Part shown: one piece after another, positions 39,124 through 48,623 of the stretch
Layout: each line of letters opens with the position of its first letter
How positions within the stretch are numbered: the stretch's first letter is position 1
Assembly (NCBI GenBank): GCA_964532595.1
Contig: CAZHIQ010000011.1
Span: 5,249-69,248, forward strand
Reading direction: 5' to 3'
Source: an uncultured Roseivirgaceae bacterium
Lineage (GTDB): Bacteria; Bacteroidota; Bacteroidia; Cytophagales; Cyclobacteriaceae
Length of the DNA: 64,000 nt
Made by a program: the position numbers and the translations under genes
Notes under the pieces: generated by a model
Database searches by the model: none
Seen by the model: only the letters and a program-made list of their open reading frames with translations
What the model was told of the DNA's origin: nothing

Positions 39124-39594
39124 ATGCAAATTACAAAGAACAAGGTGGCTGCCATTCATTACACACTTCGTGATAATGAAGGAACCGTTATCGATTCCAG
39201 CGAGGGCCGTGATCCGCTGCACTACCTGCACGGTTTCGGCAATCTGATCCCCGGCATGGAGGAGGGCCTTGAAGGAAAATCAAAAGGTGAAAAACTGCAA
39301 CTGAAAATAGACCCTGAAAAAGGCTACGGTGAGAAAGACGAAAACCTTATCCAGGAAGTACCTCGCGCAGCTTTTGGCGACCAGGAAGTGAAACCCGGAA
39401 TGAGATTCTCTACCAATCAGGGCGGAGTTGTCACTGTAACCGAAGTCGGAGCCGAGTCAGTTACTGTGGATGGAAATCACCCCCTCGCAGGCGTTGAACT
39501 CAACTTTGACGTCGAAGTTGTTGAAGTACGCAATGCAACCGACGAAGAACTGCAGCACGGTCACGTCCACGGTCCGGGCGGACACGCGCACTGA
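39124..39594 (+). CDS. slyD: FKBP-type peptidyl-prolyl isomerase, SlyD type
   Basis: IHYTL, YLHGFGNLIPGMEEGL, VDGNHPLAG, His tail HGHVHGPGGHAH. Confidence 0.95.
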   Translation: MQITKNKVAAIHYTLRDNEGTVIDSSEGRDPLHYLHGFGNLIPGMEEGLEGKSKGEKLQLKIDPEKGYGEKDENLIQEVPRAAFGDQEVKPGMRFSTNQGGVVTVTEVGAESVTVDGNHPLAGVELNFDVEVVEVRNATDEELQHGHVHGPGGHAH

Positions 39595-39615
39595 TCTTGT
39601 ATACCTGAAACCAGT

Positions 39616-39646
39616 AAAAAGGTGCGAAGTGTTTCGCACCTTTTTT
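39616..39646 (+). terminator. Intrinsic terminator after slyD
   Basis: AAAAAGGTGCGAA-gtgt-TTCGCACCTTTTTT. Confidence 0.9.
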
Positions 39647-39906
39647 GTTACTGCCTTCCTGGGACCTCTGTCATCCGATACCCCCCATGCGACCCCGGGC
39701 CGCTGCGACAGGTCACCATCCCCGCCCGCCCCTCAAATAGGCATAAGGCCCATCTCCCGTATCTTTAGCCTAAATGAACGCTTTTGATTTCAAAAGTGAT
39801 CGTTTCTGAACATTGACAGACGAAAGAGACCTTCCGGTCGGACACAAAGAATATACATGATACTGATTATCAAGTAATTAAAAGTGTGGTGCCAAAATAC
39901 GGCACG

Positions 39907-39927
39907 GTACTTGGCCATACCTAGTAC
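39907..39927. promoter_or_regulatory. Candidate PadR operator GTACT-N11-AGTAC
   Basis: Perfect 5-bp arms about 45 nt above the padR ATG. Confidence 0.4.
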
Positions 39928-39972
39928 TTGCCGACAAAAGGCAACCGACAAGCCACTTTAGAAACGTGATAT

Positions 39973-40314
39973 ATGAATGTTGAAAACACGCAGGTCCAGA
40001 TGCGGAAGGGAATTCTAGAATATTGTGTACTTCACATTATTTCGCGTGGAGAAGTTTACGCTTCTGACATGCTGGACGAGCTCACGGCGGCGCGGATGAT
40101 CGTAGTAGAGGGCACGCTATATCCACTGCTGACTCGTCTGAAAAACGCGGGGCTCCTGGAATACCAATGGATTGAATCGAAGGCAGGTCCGCCGAGAAAA
40201 TATTACCGACTCACCGACAAGGGGAGCAAGTTTCTCGAGAAATTAACGGAGACATGGGAAGAACTCGTACACTCAACCCGAATGATCACAAGCAAATCGA
40301 CGACTCAAGCATAA
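39973..40314 (+). CDS. PadR-family transcriptional regulator
   Basis: QMRKGILEYCVL, EGTLYPLLTRL, GPPRKYY. Confidence 0.95.
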   Translation: MNVENTQVQMRKGILEYCVLHIISRGEVYASDMLDELTAARMIVVEGTLYPLLTRLKNAGLLEYQWIESKAGPPRKYYRLTDKGSKFLEKLTETWEELVHSTRMITSKSTTQA

Positions 40315-40331
40315 TCAGTGCCTAACGCATT

Positions 40332-42680
40332 ATGAAAAAGAATATTAGCATCAACATCAGCGGAATTATTTTTCACATTGAGGAAGACGGTTACGACGAT
40401 CTAAAGCGTTACCTCGACTCGATTCACCGATACTTCTCGAGTTTCGATGACAGCAGCGAGATCCTGGCCGACATCGAAAGTAGAATAGCCGAGATCTTCC
40501 TGTCAAAGTTGTCGGAAGAGAAGCAAGTCATCACGCGTGAAGACGTGCAGGCGTTAATGGCAACGATGGGAAGCGTAAGTGATTTCCGCGCGGAAGAAAC
40601 CCGTGACGAAGGTGACAATCAGCACCAGGAAGCTGGCGATGCCGCCGAACCGGAAAGTTTCGCACCTCCGAAAAGGTTATGGCGTGACGAGCGGAGAAAG
40701 ATCCTCGGCGGTGTCTGCGCCGGGTTGGGAAACTACTTCGAGATTGATCCACTATGGTTTCGTCTCATCTTTGCCGCACTGTTGCCAGCGGGGGGATTCA
40801 TTATTCTGGTGTACATCGTTCTTTGGATTGCTGTACCCGGATCTTTTGAACTTGAAGATCCGGTAAAAGGCAAAAAGATGTTTCGCGATCCGCAAACGCG
40901 CGTGATCGGAGGCGTGTCGGGAGGAGTCGCTGCTTATCTGGGGCTTGACATCATTATCGTTCGCGTGTTGTTCATCGGACTGGCATTCGCGGGGGGATTC
41001 GGTTTGCTTCTTTACATCCTGCTCTGGGTCATATTGCCTGAAGCTGTGACGCTGACTGATCGAATGCGTATGCAGGGGGAGCCGGTAACCCTCTCGAATA
41101 TTGAATCGACGATTAAGCGGAAACTCAACATTCGGGAGGGTGATTCGGAAAGCACCTTATCAACGGTGATTCTCTTTCCCTTCCGCGTGCTCGGCACGCT
41201 GCTGGCCGCACTCGGAAGGGTCATTGAGCCGTTTGGAGAATTTGTTCGTGTCCTGGCGGGTATCGCCCTGGTTGTCATCGGCTTTATCATGGTACTGAGC
41301 GTCTTGATTACGGCTGGGCTATCGCTTGGCCTGATTGTCGGAGGTTTTCCCGGATGGATTCCCAGCCTGGCAGACGCTGGTCTCCCATGGCAGGCATTCT
41401 CCGGCGCCGTTCCCGGCTGGCTGGTATTGGCAGCCGTTGTAGCCGCCTTGATTCCGACGCTGTTTGTCCTGCTTGTCGGTGCTTCCGTCCTCGCGCGGAA
41501 GTGGGTATTGCGCGGCGCCGTTGGGTGGTCAATGCTCGCCATCTTCATCGCCAGCCTTGGTGCGTTGGCATTCGGGATCCCGGCCGTTGTGTACTCGTTT
41601 CACGAACAAGGCGAACATCGTGTCGAAAACGTCTATCCGGTCAACGGAAAAACAATAGTTCTCCGGGTTCAGGGCGACAACAGTAACTACGAAGCGGTAA
41701 ACCTGTATCTCCGCGGGCATGACCTTCCTGACCTGAAACTCGTGCAGCGATATCAGGCACAAGGCTCAAGCACCACCGAAGCCGAAAAAAATGCCCGGAT
41801 GGTATCTTATGAGGTTGACTTCGCTGACTCCGTCCTGACGTTCGGCCGGTCCCTCGAATTCCGAGATGGAGCAATCTTTCGCGGGCAACAGCTGTACATG
41901 ACACTCTTTATCCCCTTCGACCATCCCTTCGTCATGGAAGAAGATGTAAGTCGCCTGATCTCACAATACGTCGACCGTCGCTATCTCGATGGCTATACGT
42001 GGAAGATGACGACGGAAGGACTTGAGTGTATTGACTGCCAGCCCGAAGGTGAGGGATTATCCCTACAGTCACTCCGCGATTTTGATGCCATCAAGCTAAC
42101 CGGTCGGTTCGACGTCAGGATCCAACAAGGATCGCAGTACAATGTCGAATGGAGGGACCGCCCGGCGAAGGGGGCTTACTCGATTGAAAAGGACGGCAAT
42201 ACACTGGTCGTCGACTACAAGAAGGAAAGTCGTCTTGATCATCAGGACTGGGAATCCATCACAGAAAACTGGCAACTGGCAATTGACGAGGTCGCGCTGG
42301 TTATCACCGTCCCGGACCTCCGAAAGCTTGAGGCAACGGGGATGGGAAGAATTCGTCTCGAAGACTTGTCGGCCCCTTTGCTCGCGATAGACGTCCGCGG
42401 GCCCGTTCATATAAGAGGGCAAATTCGCGGTGAAACGCTCGACCTTAATCTGGCTGGCCGTTCGGACGTCAGCATTTCGGGAGAAGTTAACGAATTGAAT
42501 GCCCGCGTTGCCTTCGCTTCCCGCCTGCGCGGGACTAACCTTATTGCTCGCAATGCCTTTGTGAAGACAAGTGCTGGCTCTTCCGCCAATGTCCATGTGA
42601 CCGGAACCCTGGAAATCGAGGAGGGGATCGCAAGCAGGGTTAACTATCACGGCAATCCCGAGAACGTTACTGTCTACTGA
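40332..42680 (+). CDS. PspC-domain membrane protein with a C-terminal DUF2807 (GIN)-like domain
   Basis: MKKNISINISG N-terminus; two PspC motifs (RKILGGVCAGLGNYF, RVIGGVSGGVAAYL); TM block; C-terminal beta-solenoid ending YHGNP. Confidence 0.88.
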   Translation: MKKNISINISGIIFHIEEDGYDDLKRYLDSIHRYFSSFDDSSEILADIESRIAEIFLSKLSEEKQVITREDVQALMATMGSVSDFRAEETRDEGDNQHQEAGDAAEPESFAPPKRLWRDERRKILGGVCAGLGNYFEIDPLWFRLIFAALLPAGGFIILVYIVLWIAVPGSFELEDPVKGKKMFRDPQTRVIGGVSGGVAAYLGLDIIIVRVLFIGLAFAGGFGLLLYILLWVILPEAVTLTDRMRMQGEPVTLSNIESTIKRKLNIREGDSESTLSTVILFPFRVLGTLLAALGRVIEPFGEFVRVLAGIALVVIGFIMVLSVLITAGLSLGLIVGGFPGWIPSLADAGLPWQAFSGAVPGWLVLAAVVAALIPTLFVLLVGASVLARKWVLRGAVGWSMLAIFIASLGALAFGIPAVVYSFHEQGEHRVENVYPVNGKTIVLRVQGDNSNYEAVNLYLRGHDLPDLKLVQRYQAQGSSTTEAEKNARMVSYEVDFADSVLTFGRSLEFRDGAIFRGQQLYMTLFIPFDHPFVMEEDVSRLISQYVDRRYLDGYTWKMTTEGLECIDCQPEGEGLSLQSLRDFDAIKLTGRFDVRIQQGSQYNVEWRDRPAKGAYSIEKDGNTLVVDYKKESRLDHQDWESITENWQLAIDEVALVITVPDLRKLEATGMGRIRLEDLSAPLLAIDVRGPVHIRGQIRGETLDLNLAGRSDVSISGEVNELNARVAFASRLRGTNLIARNAFVKTSAGSSANVHVTGTLEIEEGIASRVNYHGNPENVTVY

Positions 42681-42703
42681 TCGGAAATTTTTTCCATACT
42701 CAC

Positions 42704-42730
42704 GCAACCCCCTGGCGGAAATCAGCATCT
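42704..42730 (+). promoter_or_regulatory. Candidate ECF-sigma promoter GCAAC-~N16-CATC
   Basis: AAC -35 and CATC -10 with ~16-nt spacing directly above the ECF sigma gene. Confidence 0.5.
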
Positions 42731-42746
42731 TGCATCAAAGGGTAAG

Positions 42747-43334
42747 ATGAAATTTCGCATTTACGGCCCACACGAGAACGATCTGATCGAAGGATGCCGG
42801 CGCGGCGACCGCAAGGCACAGGAGCTGCTCTATCAGCGCTACGCCTCCCGTATGTACGGAGTCTGTCTCCGTTATACGCGCGACCCGATGGAAGCCGAAG
42901 ACATCGTTGTGGTCGCCTTTACCCGTGCATTTAGCCGGATCGACCAATTTCGCGGTGACGGAAGCTTTGAAGGATGGCTGAGACGCATTACCGTAAATGA
43001 AGCGCTCGGCGTCCTCCGGAAAAACCGCACGATGGGCATCGAAACCGACCTCGACTCAGCCGACCGCGAAGTCGACTACAGCTATCTCAATGACCACCTC
43101 GAGGCCGAGGATCTTATCCACATTATTGAACAACTGCCCCCCGGATATCGGGTCGTGTTTAACATGTACGCGATAGACGGGTACTCCCATAAGGAAATCG
43201 CTGATGCGTTGGGAATTAGCGAAAACACTTCAAAGTCTCAGCTAAGTCGCGCACGCGCCTTGCTACAGAAACTGCTCGCAGAGAGCGGCTGGGACCGCGA
43301 AAAAAAAACGATCAGTTATGAATCAACAACCTGA
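42747..43334 (+). CDS. ECF RNA polymerase sigma-70 factor
   Basis: AQELLYQRY, GSFEGWLRRITVN, LPPGYRVVFNMYAIDGYSHKEIA, SKSQLSRAR. Confidence 0.95.
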   Translation: MKFRIYGPHENDLIEGCRRGDRKAQELLYQRYASRMYGVCLRYTRDPMEAEDIVVVAFTRAFSRIDQFRGDGSFEGWLRRITVNEALGVLRKNRTMGIETDLDSADREVDYSYLNDHLEAEDLIHIIEQLPPGYRVVFNMYAIDGYSHKEIADALGISENTSKSQLSRARALLQKLLAESGWDREKKTISYESTT

Positions 43335-44064
43335 CAAACTCTTCCGCGACAAGTTACGCGATCACGATGCCCTGCCGTCGTCAAACGCCTGGCAGCGTAT
43401 TGCAGCCAATCTCGACGAAAAACATCGTCAACGAAAATGGTTTATCCGTATCGCAGCCAGTGTAATTCTCGCGGTCGCGGCAGGCGTCTTTTTACTCCGC
43501 AACGAAGCGTACCAGCCGGAACAAAACCTCGCAACAAAGGAGTCACGACAACCTGACACCGTAACTCGCGATTCCGTGTCTCCTGCTGTGAAGTCTCCCT
43601 CGACGCCCGATAATACCGAAAAATCAACCAGTGATCTTCCGCCTGCAAAACAAAGGGTCCCGGAGAAACCCGGAGAAGAGAAGCCGGACAGTCGCGATAC
43701 CTTCAACAGCCCTTCCCAAAATCAGTCTACCACTCCCACAGCTGAGCCTGAGGAGACGCTTATGGCACAGCTGGAAGAGAAGCACGATTTCGTGGAATCT
43801 CCTGATAGCAATACAGCACGCCCCTCGCAACGTGTAACCATTGTATTCACTGCAGCGGAAGTCAATCAAAACTACCTCACAGAAAAAAAAGAAGAAGTAC
43901 ATGCAACGCCCGAGGCGGAAACACCATCTGGTCTACAAAGGATCCTGGTAGCTGCCCGGGAATTGACAATAGACCAGGATCCAATCGGAGAGTTACGCCA
44001 GAAGAAAGATGATATACTGGCGAAAGGCCTCAGGAAAAATAAACAGGACAATCAACTTAATTAA
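43318..44064 (+). CDS. Putative anti-sigma factor (single TM, low-complexity periplasmic part)
   Basis: Overlaps the sigma stop; DKLFRDKL...PSSNAWQRI cytoplasmic head, TM WFIRIAASVILAVAAGVFLL. Confidence 0.7.
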   Translation: MNQQPDKLFRDKLRDHDALPSSNAWQRIAANLDEKHRQRKWFIRIAASVILAVAAGVFLLRNEAYQPEQNLATKESRQPDTVTRDSVSPAVKSPSTPDNTEKSTSDLPPAKQRVPEKPGEEKPDSRDTFNSPSQNQSTTPTAEPEETLMAQLEEKHDFVESPDSNTARPSQRVTIVFTAAEVNQNYLTEKKEEVHATPEAETPSGLQRILVAARELTIDQDPIGELRQKKDDILAKGLRKNKQDNQLN

Positions 44065-44065
44065 C

Positions 44066-44995
44066 ATGTACTTTAAGCATCTTCTTCCGGTCCTTGCTTT
44101 GGGTTTAACACCTGCAATAGCCTCAGCTCAGGCCGACACCGTTGTGATACCCCTGGCTGAAACAAGCAAAATCGTGTTCACTATTGAAGACCGCAGAGAC
44201 ATCAAAACGCTTCGACACTACAATTTCCAAAAGCTGTTTAATGATGTCTTCAATCGACTTGACACAGCCTACGTTGCACCCGATACCGAAGTAGTCTCAG
44301 TCGAAGAAGCGGAACCCGCTGAAGAGCCTTCGGAAGAAAAAGACGGCCAACGTCGCCGCGACCCGCAGGTTGGGTGGACCCGACAAGCATTCAACATCGA
44401 TTTGGGACTGAACAACTATATGGCTGGTGATCAGTTTCCGACGGGTGACGAATTATACGCGGTACGTCCCTGGGGCTCCTGGTACATCGCCGGTAACTCG
44501 GTCCACCGTACCCGGCTCGGGCGTCGCGCGTTTGTCGAATTGGGATTGGGAGTAAGCTGGTATAGCTTCAAATTTCAGGAAGACAATATGACGCTCTCCC
44601 GTGAAGCCGGAGGCGTTGTTTTCTCGCAAGATGACAGGGAGGTCGACTTCATCAAGAGTAAACTCAGCGCAACTTTCCTTAATGCTTCGCTCGTACCGGT
44701 CCTCGACTTTGGTCGAAATACGGTGAAAGGAAAAGGCGATGGCTTTCGGTTCGGTGTGGGCCCTTATGTCGGCTATCGGATATCCAGCAAAACAAAACTG
44801 GTATATGAAGTCGATGATGATCGTAAACGCGAGAAAAACAGGGACAACTTCTATTTAAATAACCTGCGGTATGGATTAAGAATGCAAATCGGAATCCGGT
44901 CAACCGACATCTTCGTCAATTACGATCTCAATGATTTCTTCGCGACGGACAAAGGTCCGAAGCTGAATGCAGTAAGTTTCGGCTTCATCCTGTAG
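44066..44995 (+). CDS. Outer-membrane beta-barrel protein (PorT/DUF6089-like)
   Basis: Signal peptide; LGLNNY, FIKSKLSA, GPYVGYRI, RYGLRMQIG; terminal FGFIL. Confidence 0.8.
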   Translation: MYFKHLLPVLALGLTPAIASAQADTVVIPLAETSKIVFTIEDRRDIKTLRHYNFQKLFNDVFNRLDTAYVAPDTEVVSVEEAEPAEEPSEEKDGQRRRDPQVGWTRQAFNIDLGLNNYMAGDQFPTGDELYAVRPWGSWYIAGNSVHRTRLGRRAFVELGLGVSWYSFKFQEDNMTLSREAGGVVFSQDDREVDFIKSKLSATFLNASLVPVLDFGRNTVKGKGDGFRFGVGPYVGYRISSKTKLVYEVDDDRKREKNRDNFYLNNLRYGLRMQIGIRSTDIFVNYDLNDFFATDKGPKLNAVSFGFIL

Positions 44996-45014
44996 CCCTC
45001 AATATTCGGCAATG

Positions 45015-45044
45015 AGCAGGCCTCCCGGGGTCTGCTTTTTTTTT
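45015..45044 (+). terminator. Intrinsic terminator after the OMP gene
   Basis: AGCAGGCC...GGTCTGCT followed by a long T run. Confidence 0.8.
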
Positions 45045-45252
45045 GCCCGCCAGCAACGAACGGTTGTTAAATCAAAATAATTCTCAACATTTGCTGCTGG
45101 TTCTTGGCCAAGTCCGGGCGATTTGATTTTTTTATCGATCGCGAAGGTGTCGCCCCGGCCCTCCGAGTACTTAGGCGATTGGAACAAAGCCAGTGCGATC
45201 CCACAGGGAATCGACGACATCTATATCGACAATATTATTTATATTTAGGCTT

Positions 45253-45843
45253 ATGGATAGCGTTGCAAACTTATCGCGGAAGGAACAGGTGATTCGGAAA
45301 GCCGCGGAGCTTTTCAAGGAGAAAGGTTACGCAGCTGCGTCTATGCGAGACCTGGCTCAGCTACTCGGAATCGAGGCGGCAAGTCTGTACTCGCATATCA
45401 AATCAAAAGAAGAAATACTGCGGAACCTATGCTTCGATATGGCCGCCGAGTTCCGGAAATCGCTCGATGCGGTTGAAAAGCAAAACTTGCCGGCCAGCGA
45501 AAAACTTCGGCGCGGAATCATCGGCCATATTCAGGTGATGGCGAAAGACCTCACCGCTTCAGCCGTTTTCATGAACGAACACCGCCACTTGAGCCAACCC
45601 TATCTCCGCGACTTCCTGTTGCTGCGGATAAACTATATAAACAGGTTCAAGAGTATCATCGAAGAAGGCACACGCTCAGGCGAATTCAAGAAAACCATTG
45701 ACAAGAAGCTCGCCGTGATGACTCTGTTCTCATCTCTCAATTGGATGCCCATGTGGTACGATCCGGCCGGTCTCATTGATCCCGTCGAGGTGGGTGTCCA
45801 ACTGTCCGATATGCTCGTCAACGGACTCAAGCAACCCGCCTGA
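45253..45843 (+). CDS. TetR-family regulator, probably PaaR-like
   Basis: [36 protein letters not shown]; SLNWMPMWY; directly before paaA. Confidence 0.88.
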   Translation: MDSVANLSRKEQVIRKAAELFKEKGYAAASMRDLAQLLGIEAASLYSHIKSKEEILRNLCFDMAAEFRKSLDAVEKQNLPASEKLRRGIIGHIQVMAKDLTASAVFMNEHRHLSQPYLRDFLLLRINYINRFKSIIEEGTRSGEFKKTIDKKLAVMTLFSSLNWMPMWYDPAGLIDPVEVGVQLSDMLVNGLKQPA

Positions 45844-45905
45844 TCTATTGCCGCTTCCCGAGGCATGAATTTTTCGGTGAATACCCCAGCCAAAACATTG
45901 TTCGC

Positions 45906-46889
45906 ATGTATGGAGGGGGAAACTCTTTCGAGACCATAAAGACGACGCCCGCAGTCGAAGACCCGGCAAAACTTGCGGCGTTCGAATCGCGTATCCAGCG
46001 CGGTGAGAAAATAGAGCCTTCCGATTGGATGCCCGAGTTATACCGGAAGCAACTCATCCGCATGATCGAGCAGCATGCCCACAGCGAAATAATCGGTGCC
46101 CTCCCCGAAGGAACCTGGATTACCCGTGCTCCGGGATTCAAGCGAAAACTCGGCCTTCTCGCCAAAGTACAGGACGAAGTTGGCCACGCTCAACTCCTTT
46201 ACAGCGCTGCTGAATCGCTTGGAAAAACGCGCGAAGAAATGGTCAGCGATCTCCTGGCGGGCAGATCCAGGTACTCGAACATTTTCAACTATCCAGCCTT
46301 GACATGGGCCGACTCGTGTTTTATATCGTGGCTTGTGGATGCGGGCGCTATTGTAAACCAACTCGCCAACGCGCGGGGTAGCTATGGCCCCTATTGCCGT
46401 GCCTTGGAGCGGATTTGTGCCGAAGAATCTTTTCACCTGAAGTTTGGACATCACTGCGTCATATACCTCGCCACGGGAAACCGACGCCAAAGAGAAAGCT
46501 TCCAGCAAGCGCTCAACCGATGGTGGCAACCGATGATGCATTTTTTCGGCCCGCCTGATAAAGAGTCCGCCCATACGGCCACCCTGATGAAGTGGCGCGT
46601 GAAAATGGCATCCAATGATGATATGCGAAATCAGTTTCTCGACATGTATGTACCGAAAATCAGGGAACTGGGGTTCACGATACCGGATCCACTTTTACGA
46701 AAGAACCCGACGACAGGTCGGTGGGAATACACTGAACCTGACTGGAACGAATTCAAGCGAGTAATCAATGGCGAAGGACCTTGTAACCGGGAACGACTTG
46801 CTGTAAGAAGAATCACCGAAGAACGCGGTCGATGGATCCGCCAGGCGCTCAGAACACAGAGGTCTGCCTACGTCGCTCCGCTCAGTTAG
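45906..46889 (+). CDS. paaA: 1,2-phenylacetyl-CoA epoxidase subunit A
   Basis: [41 protein letters not shown] diiron motifs. Confidence 0.95.
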   Translation: MYGGGNSFETIKTTPAVEDPAKLAAFESRIQRGEKIEPSDWMPELYRKQLIRMIEQHAHSEIIGALPEGTWITRAPGFKRKLGLLAKVQDEVGHAQLLYSAAESLGKTREEMVSDLLAGRSRYSNIFNYPALTWADSCFISWLVDAGAIVNQLANARGSYGPYCRALERICAEESFHLKFGHHCVIYLATGNRRQRESFQQALNRWWQPMMHFFGPPDKESAHTATLMKWRVKMASNDDMRNQFLDMYVPKIRELGFTIPDPLLRKNPTTGRWEYTEPDWNEFKRVINGEGPCNRERLAVRRITEERGRWIRQALRTQRSAYVAPLS

Positions 46890-47125
46890 TTTGGATACAA
46901 ATGGGGCCCCGCCAGTAACTGAATCTCCCTCCACAAAGCCCGTAGTGCCTCCGATGGGGTATTGAAGTACTTCTTAAGATAAATCAGGGCACTGCTGTCT
47001 TCAGGCAGCTCATTGTTAATCCATTTCCAGATATCATCGGCCAGTAACAGCAATTCATGGCTGTGGTATTTCGGATAATACCGCGCCAGGAAGTCAAGTG
47101 CCACAAGAAATTCCACGTATTTCAC
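46886..47125 (-). CDS. Hypothetical helical protein (~79 aa) antisense within the paa cluster
   Basis: (V/M)[78 protein letters not shown]; fills the 340-nt gap; stop overlaps the paaA stop; start (GTG 47125) uncertain. Confidence 0.6.
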   Translation of the reverse strand: MKYVEFLVALDFLARYYPKYHSHELLLLADDIWKWINNELPEDSSALIYLKKYFNTPSEALRALWREIQLLAGPHLYPN

Positions 47126-47231
47126 AGCTGCAATATTTGGTTGTACGGCGTAGTTTTTTTCGAACCTGGTTTCGGGATTGCTACAAATCGGGCAACCATT
47201 CAGCGATATCAACGGCTATCGGAAAAACAAC

Positions 47232-47849
47232 ATGTGCGACGTAGACTCAGCCGATCCCAGAATAAAGCGACTACTAAAAACAGGCCAAGCAGTGGACCTA
47301 TCGTCAACGCCTGTCCCCAGTGCGCTCGGCCCTTTTGAAGTGTTTGTCAAGCCACAAGAGGGAAAACCCTTTCAGCATGAGGGCATTGTACACGCCGCCG
47401 ATCTGGAGACGGCCTTCGTCCTTGCTAAAGAAACGTTTACCCGACGATTCTGTTGCGTATCCCTTTTTGTGGCGGATACGCGACACATCGCGACATCACC
47501 AATCACCGAGGGCACGCAAAGCGTCTTCGAAGTACTCCCTCCGCCCGACCCGCCCGCCGGACCGGAGGAACAGTACGAGATCTTCTATCTATTCAAGCGC
47601 GGCAAACAACATATACACGTGGGAAGCCTCCCCGCCGTCAGTCACAGTCAAGCCATGATTGCCGCCCGATCGTTTTCAGATACCAAGACAGTGTACAGCA
47701 TCTGGACGCTCCGCTCCGCAGACGTCCGATTCACAAAACCGGAAGAAGAAACAATGTGGCTAACCCTTCCGGAGAAAACCTTCAGGGGAGCGACCGACTA
47801 TAAGGGAGGCGAACGATTGAAAGAATTCCTGGGTAAACGCAAAACATAG
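47232..47849 (+). CDS. paaB: PaaB-like protein with two PaaB repeats
   Basis: FEVFVK...HEGIVHAADLETAFVLAKETFTRR and YEIFY...HVGSLPAVS...SIWTLR; between paaA and paaC. Confidence 0.8.
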   Translation: MCDVDSADPRIKRLLKTGQAVDLSSTPVPSALGPFEVFVKPQEGKPFQHEGIVHAADLETAFVLAKETFTRRFCCVSLFVADTRHIATSPITEGTQSVFEVLPPPDPPAGPEEQYEIFYLFKRGKQHIHVGSLPAVSHSQAMIAARSFSDTKTVYSIWTLRSADVRFTKPEEETMWLTLPEKTFRGATDYKGGERLKEFLGKRKT

Positions 47850-47853
47850 AAGT

Positions 47854-48609
47854 ATGAATGACCCGGCAATCAAGGATCTGCTCTATCGTATTGCTGACGA
47901 CCTTCTGATCATCGGTCACCGAAATTCCGAATGGACAGGGATTGGGCCGGTACTCGAAGAAGACATTGCCTTCTCTTCCATGGCACAGGACCAAATCGGA
48001 CAAAGCCTTGCCCTGTACAACCTGTTGCACGAACTCGGTGAATCCGACCCCGATACACTTGGATTTATGCGCAACGCAGACGCATTCCGCAACTGTATAT
48101 TCACGGAGCTACCGAACGGGGAATACGACTTCAGCCTCGTACGCCACTTCCTTTTTGACACTGCTATGATGGTTCGTTTCGAATCCCTTTGCCTATCGCG
48201 ATGGAAGCCTCTCGCTGATCTGGCGGTAAAAGTACAGGCCGAACTAGTCTACCACCTCCTTCATGCCAATACACTCATAACCAAGTTGGGAACCGGCACA
48301 CCCGAAAGCATTTCGCGCTTGCAGCGGTCTATTGACTACGGACTGCCCTACGCCCTGGGAATTTTCGAAGCAACGGAGTATGACGACGAAATAGGGAGAC
48401 GACAGCTCTGCGATTTTGAATCCGTACTACAATTGCGATGGCAACACCGTGTTGAAGAAATCATTGGGAGGACTGCCCTGGTGCTGCCGCCGTGGACATC
48501 TCTCCTGCCCGTCTGCGGTGGACGGTCGGGGATTCACAGCGAACATATGCAACCTCTCATCGAAGAGATGACGGAAGTTTTCCGAAGCGATGTCGATCAG
48601 GAATGGTAG
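47854..48609 (+). CDS. paaC: Phenylacetyl-CoA epoxidase subunit C
   Basis: ADDLLIIGHRNSEWTGIGPVLEEDIAF, ELPNG. Confidence 0.93.
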   Translation: MNDPAIKDLLYRIADDLLIIGHRNSEWTGIGPVLEEDIAFSSMAQDQIGQSLALYNLLHELGESDPDTLGFMRNADAFRNCIFTELPNGEYDFSLVRHFLFDTAMMVRFESLCLSRWKPLADLAVKVQAELVYHLLHANTLITKLGTGTPESISRLQRSIDYGLPYALGIFEATEYDDEIGRRQLCDFESVLQLRWQHRVEEIIGRTALVLPPWTSLLPVCGGRSGIHSEHMQPLIEEMTEVFRSDVDQEW

Positions 48610-48623
48610 ACAAGTGACCGTCA

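Noticed and set aside
42096-42728. 210-aa minus-strand ORF over the pspC 3' end
   Set aside because: Antisense shadow with no recognisable domain
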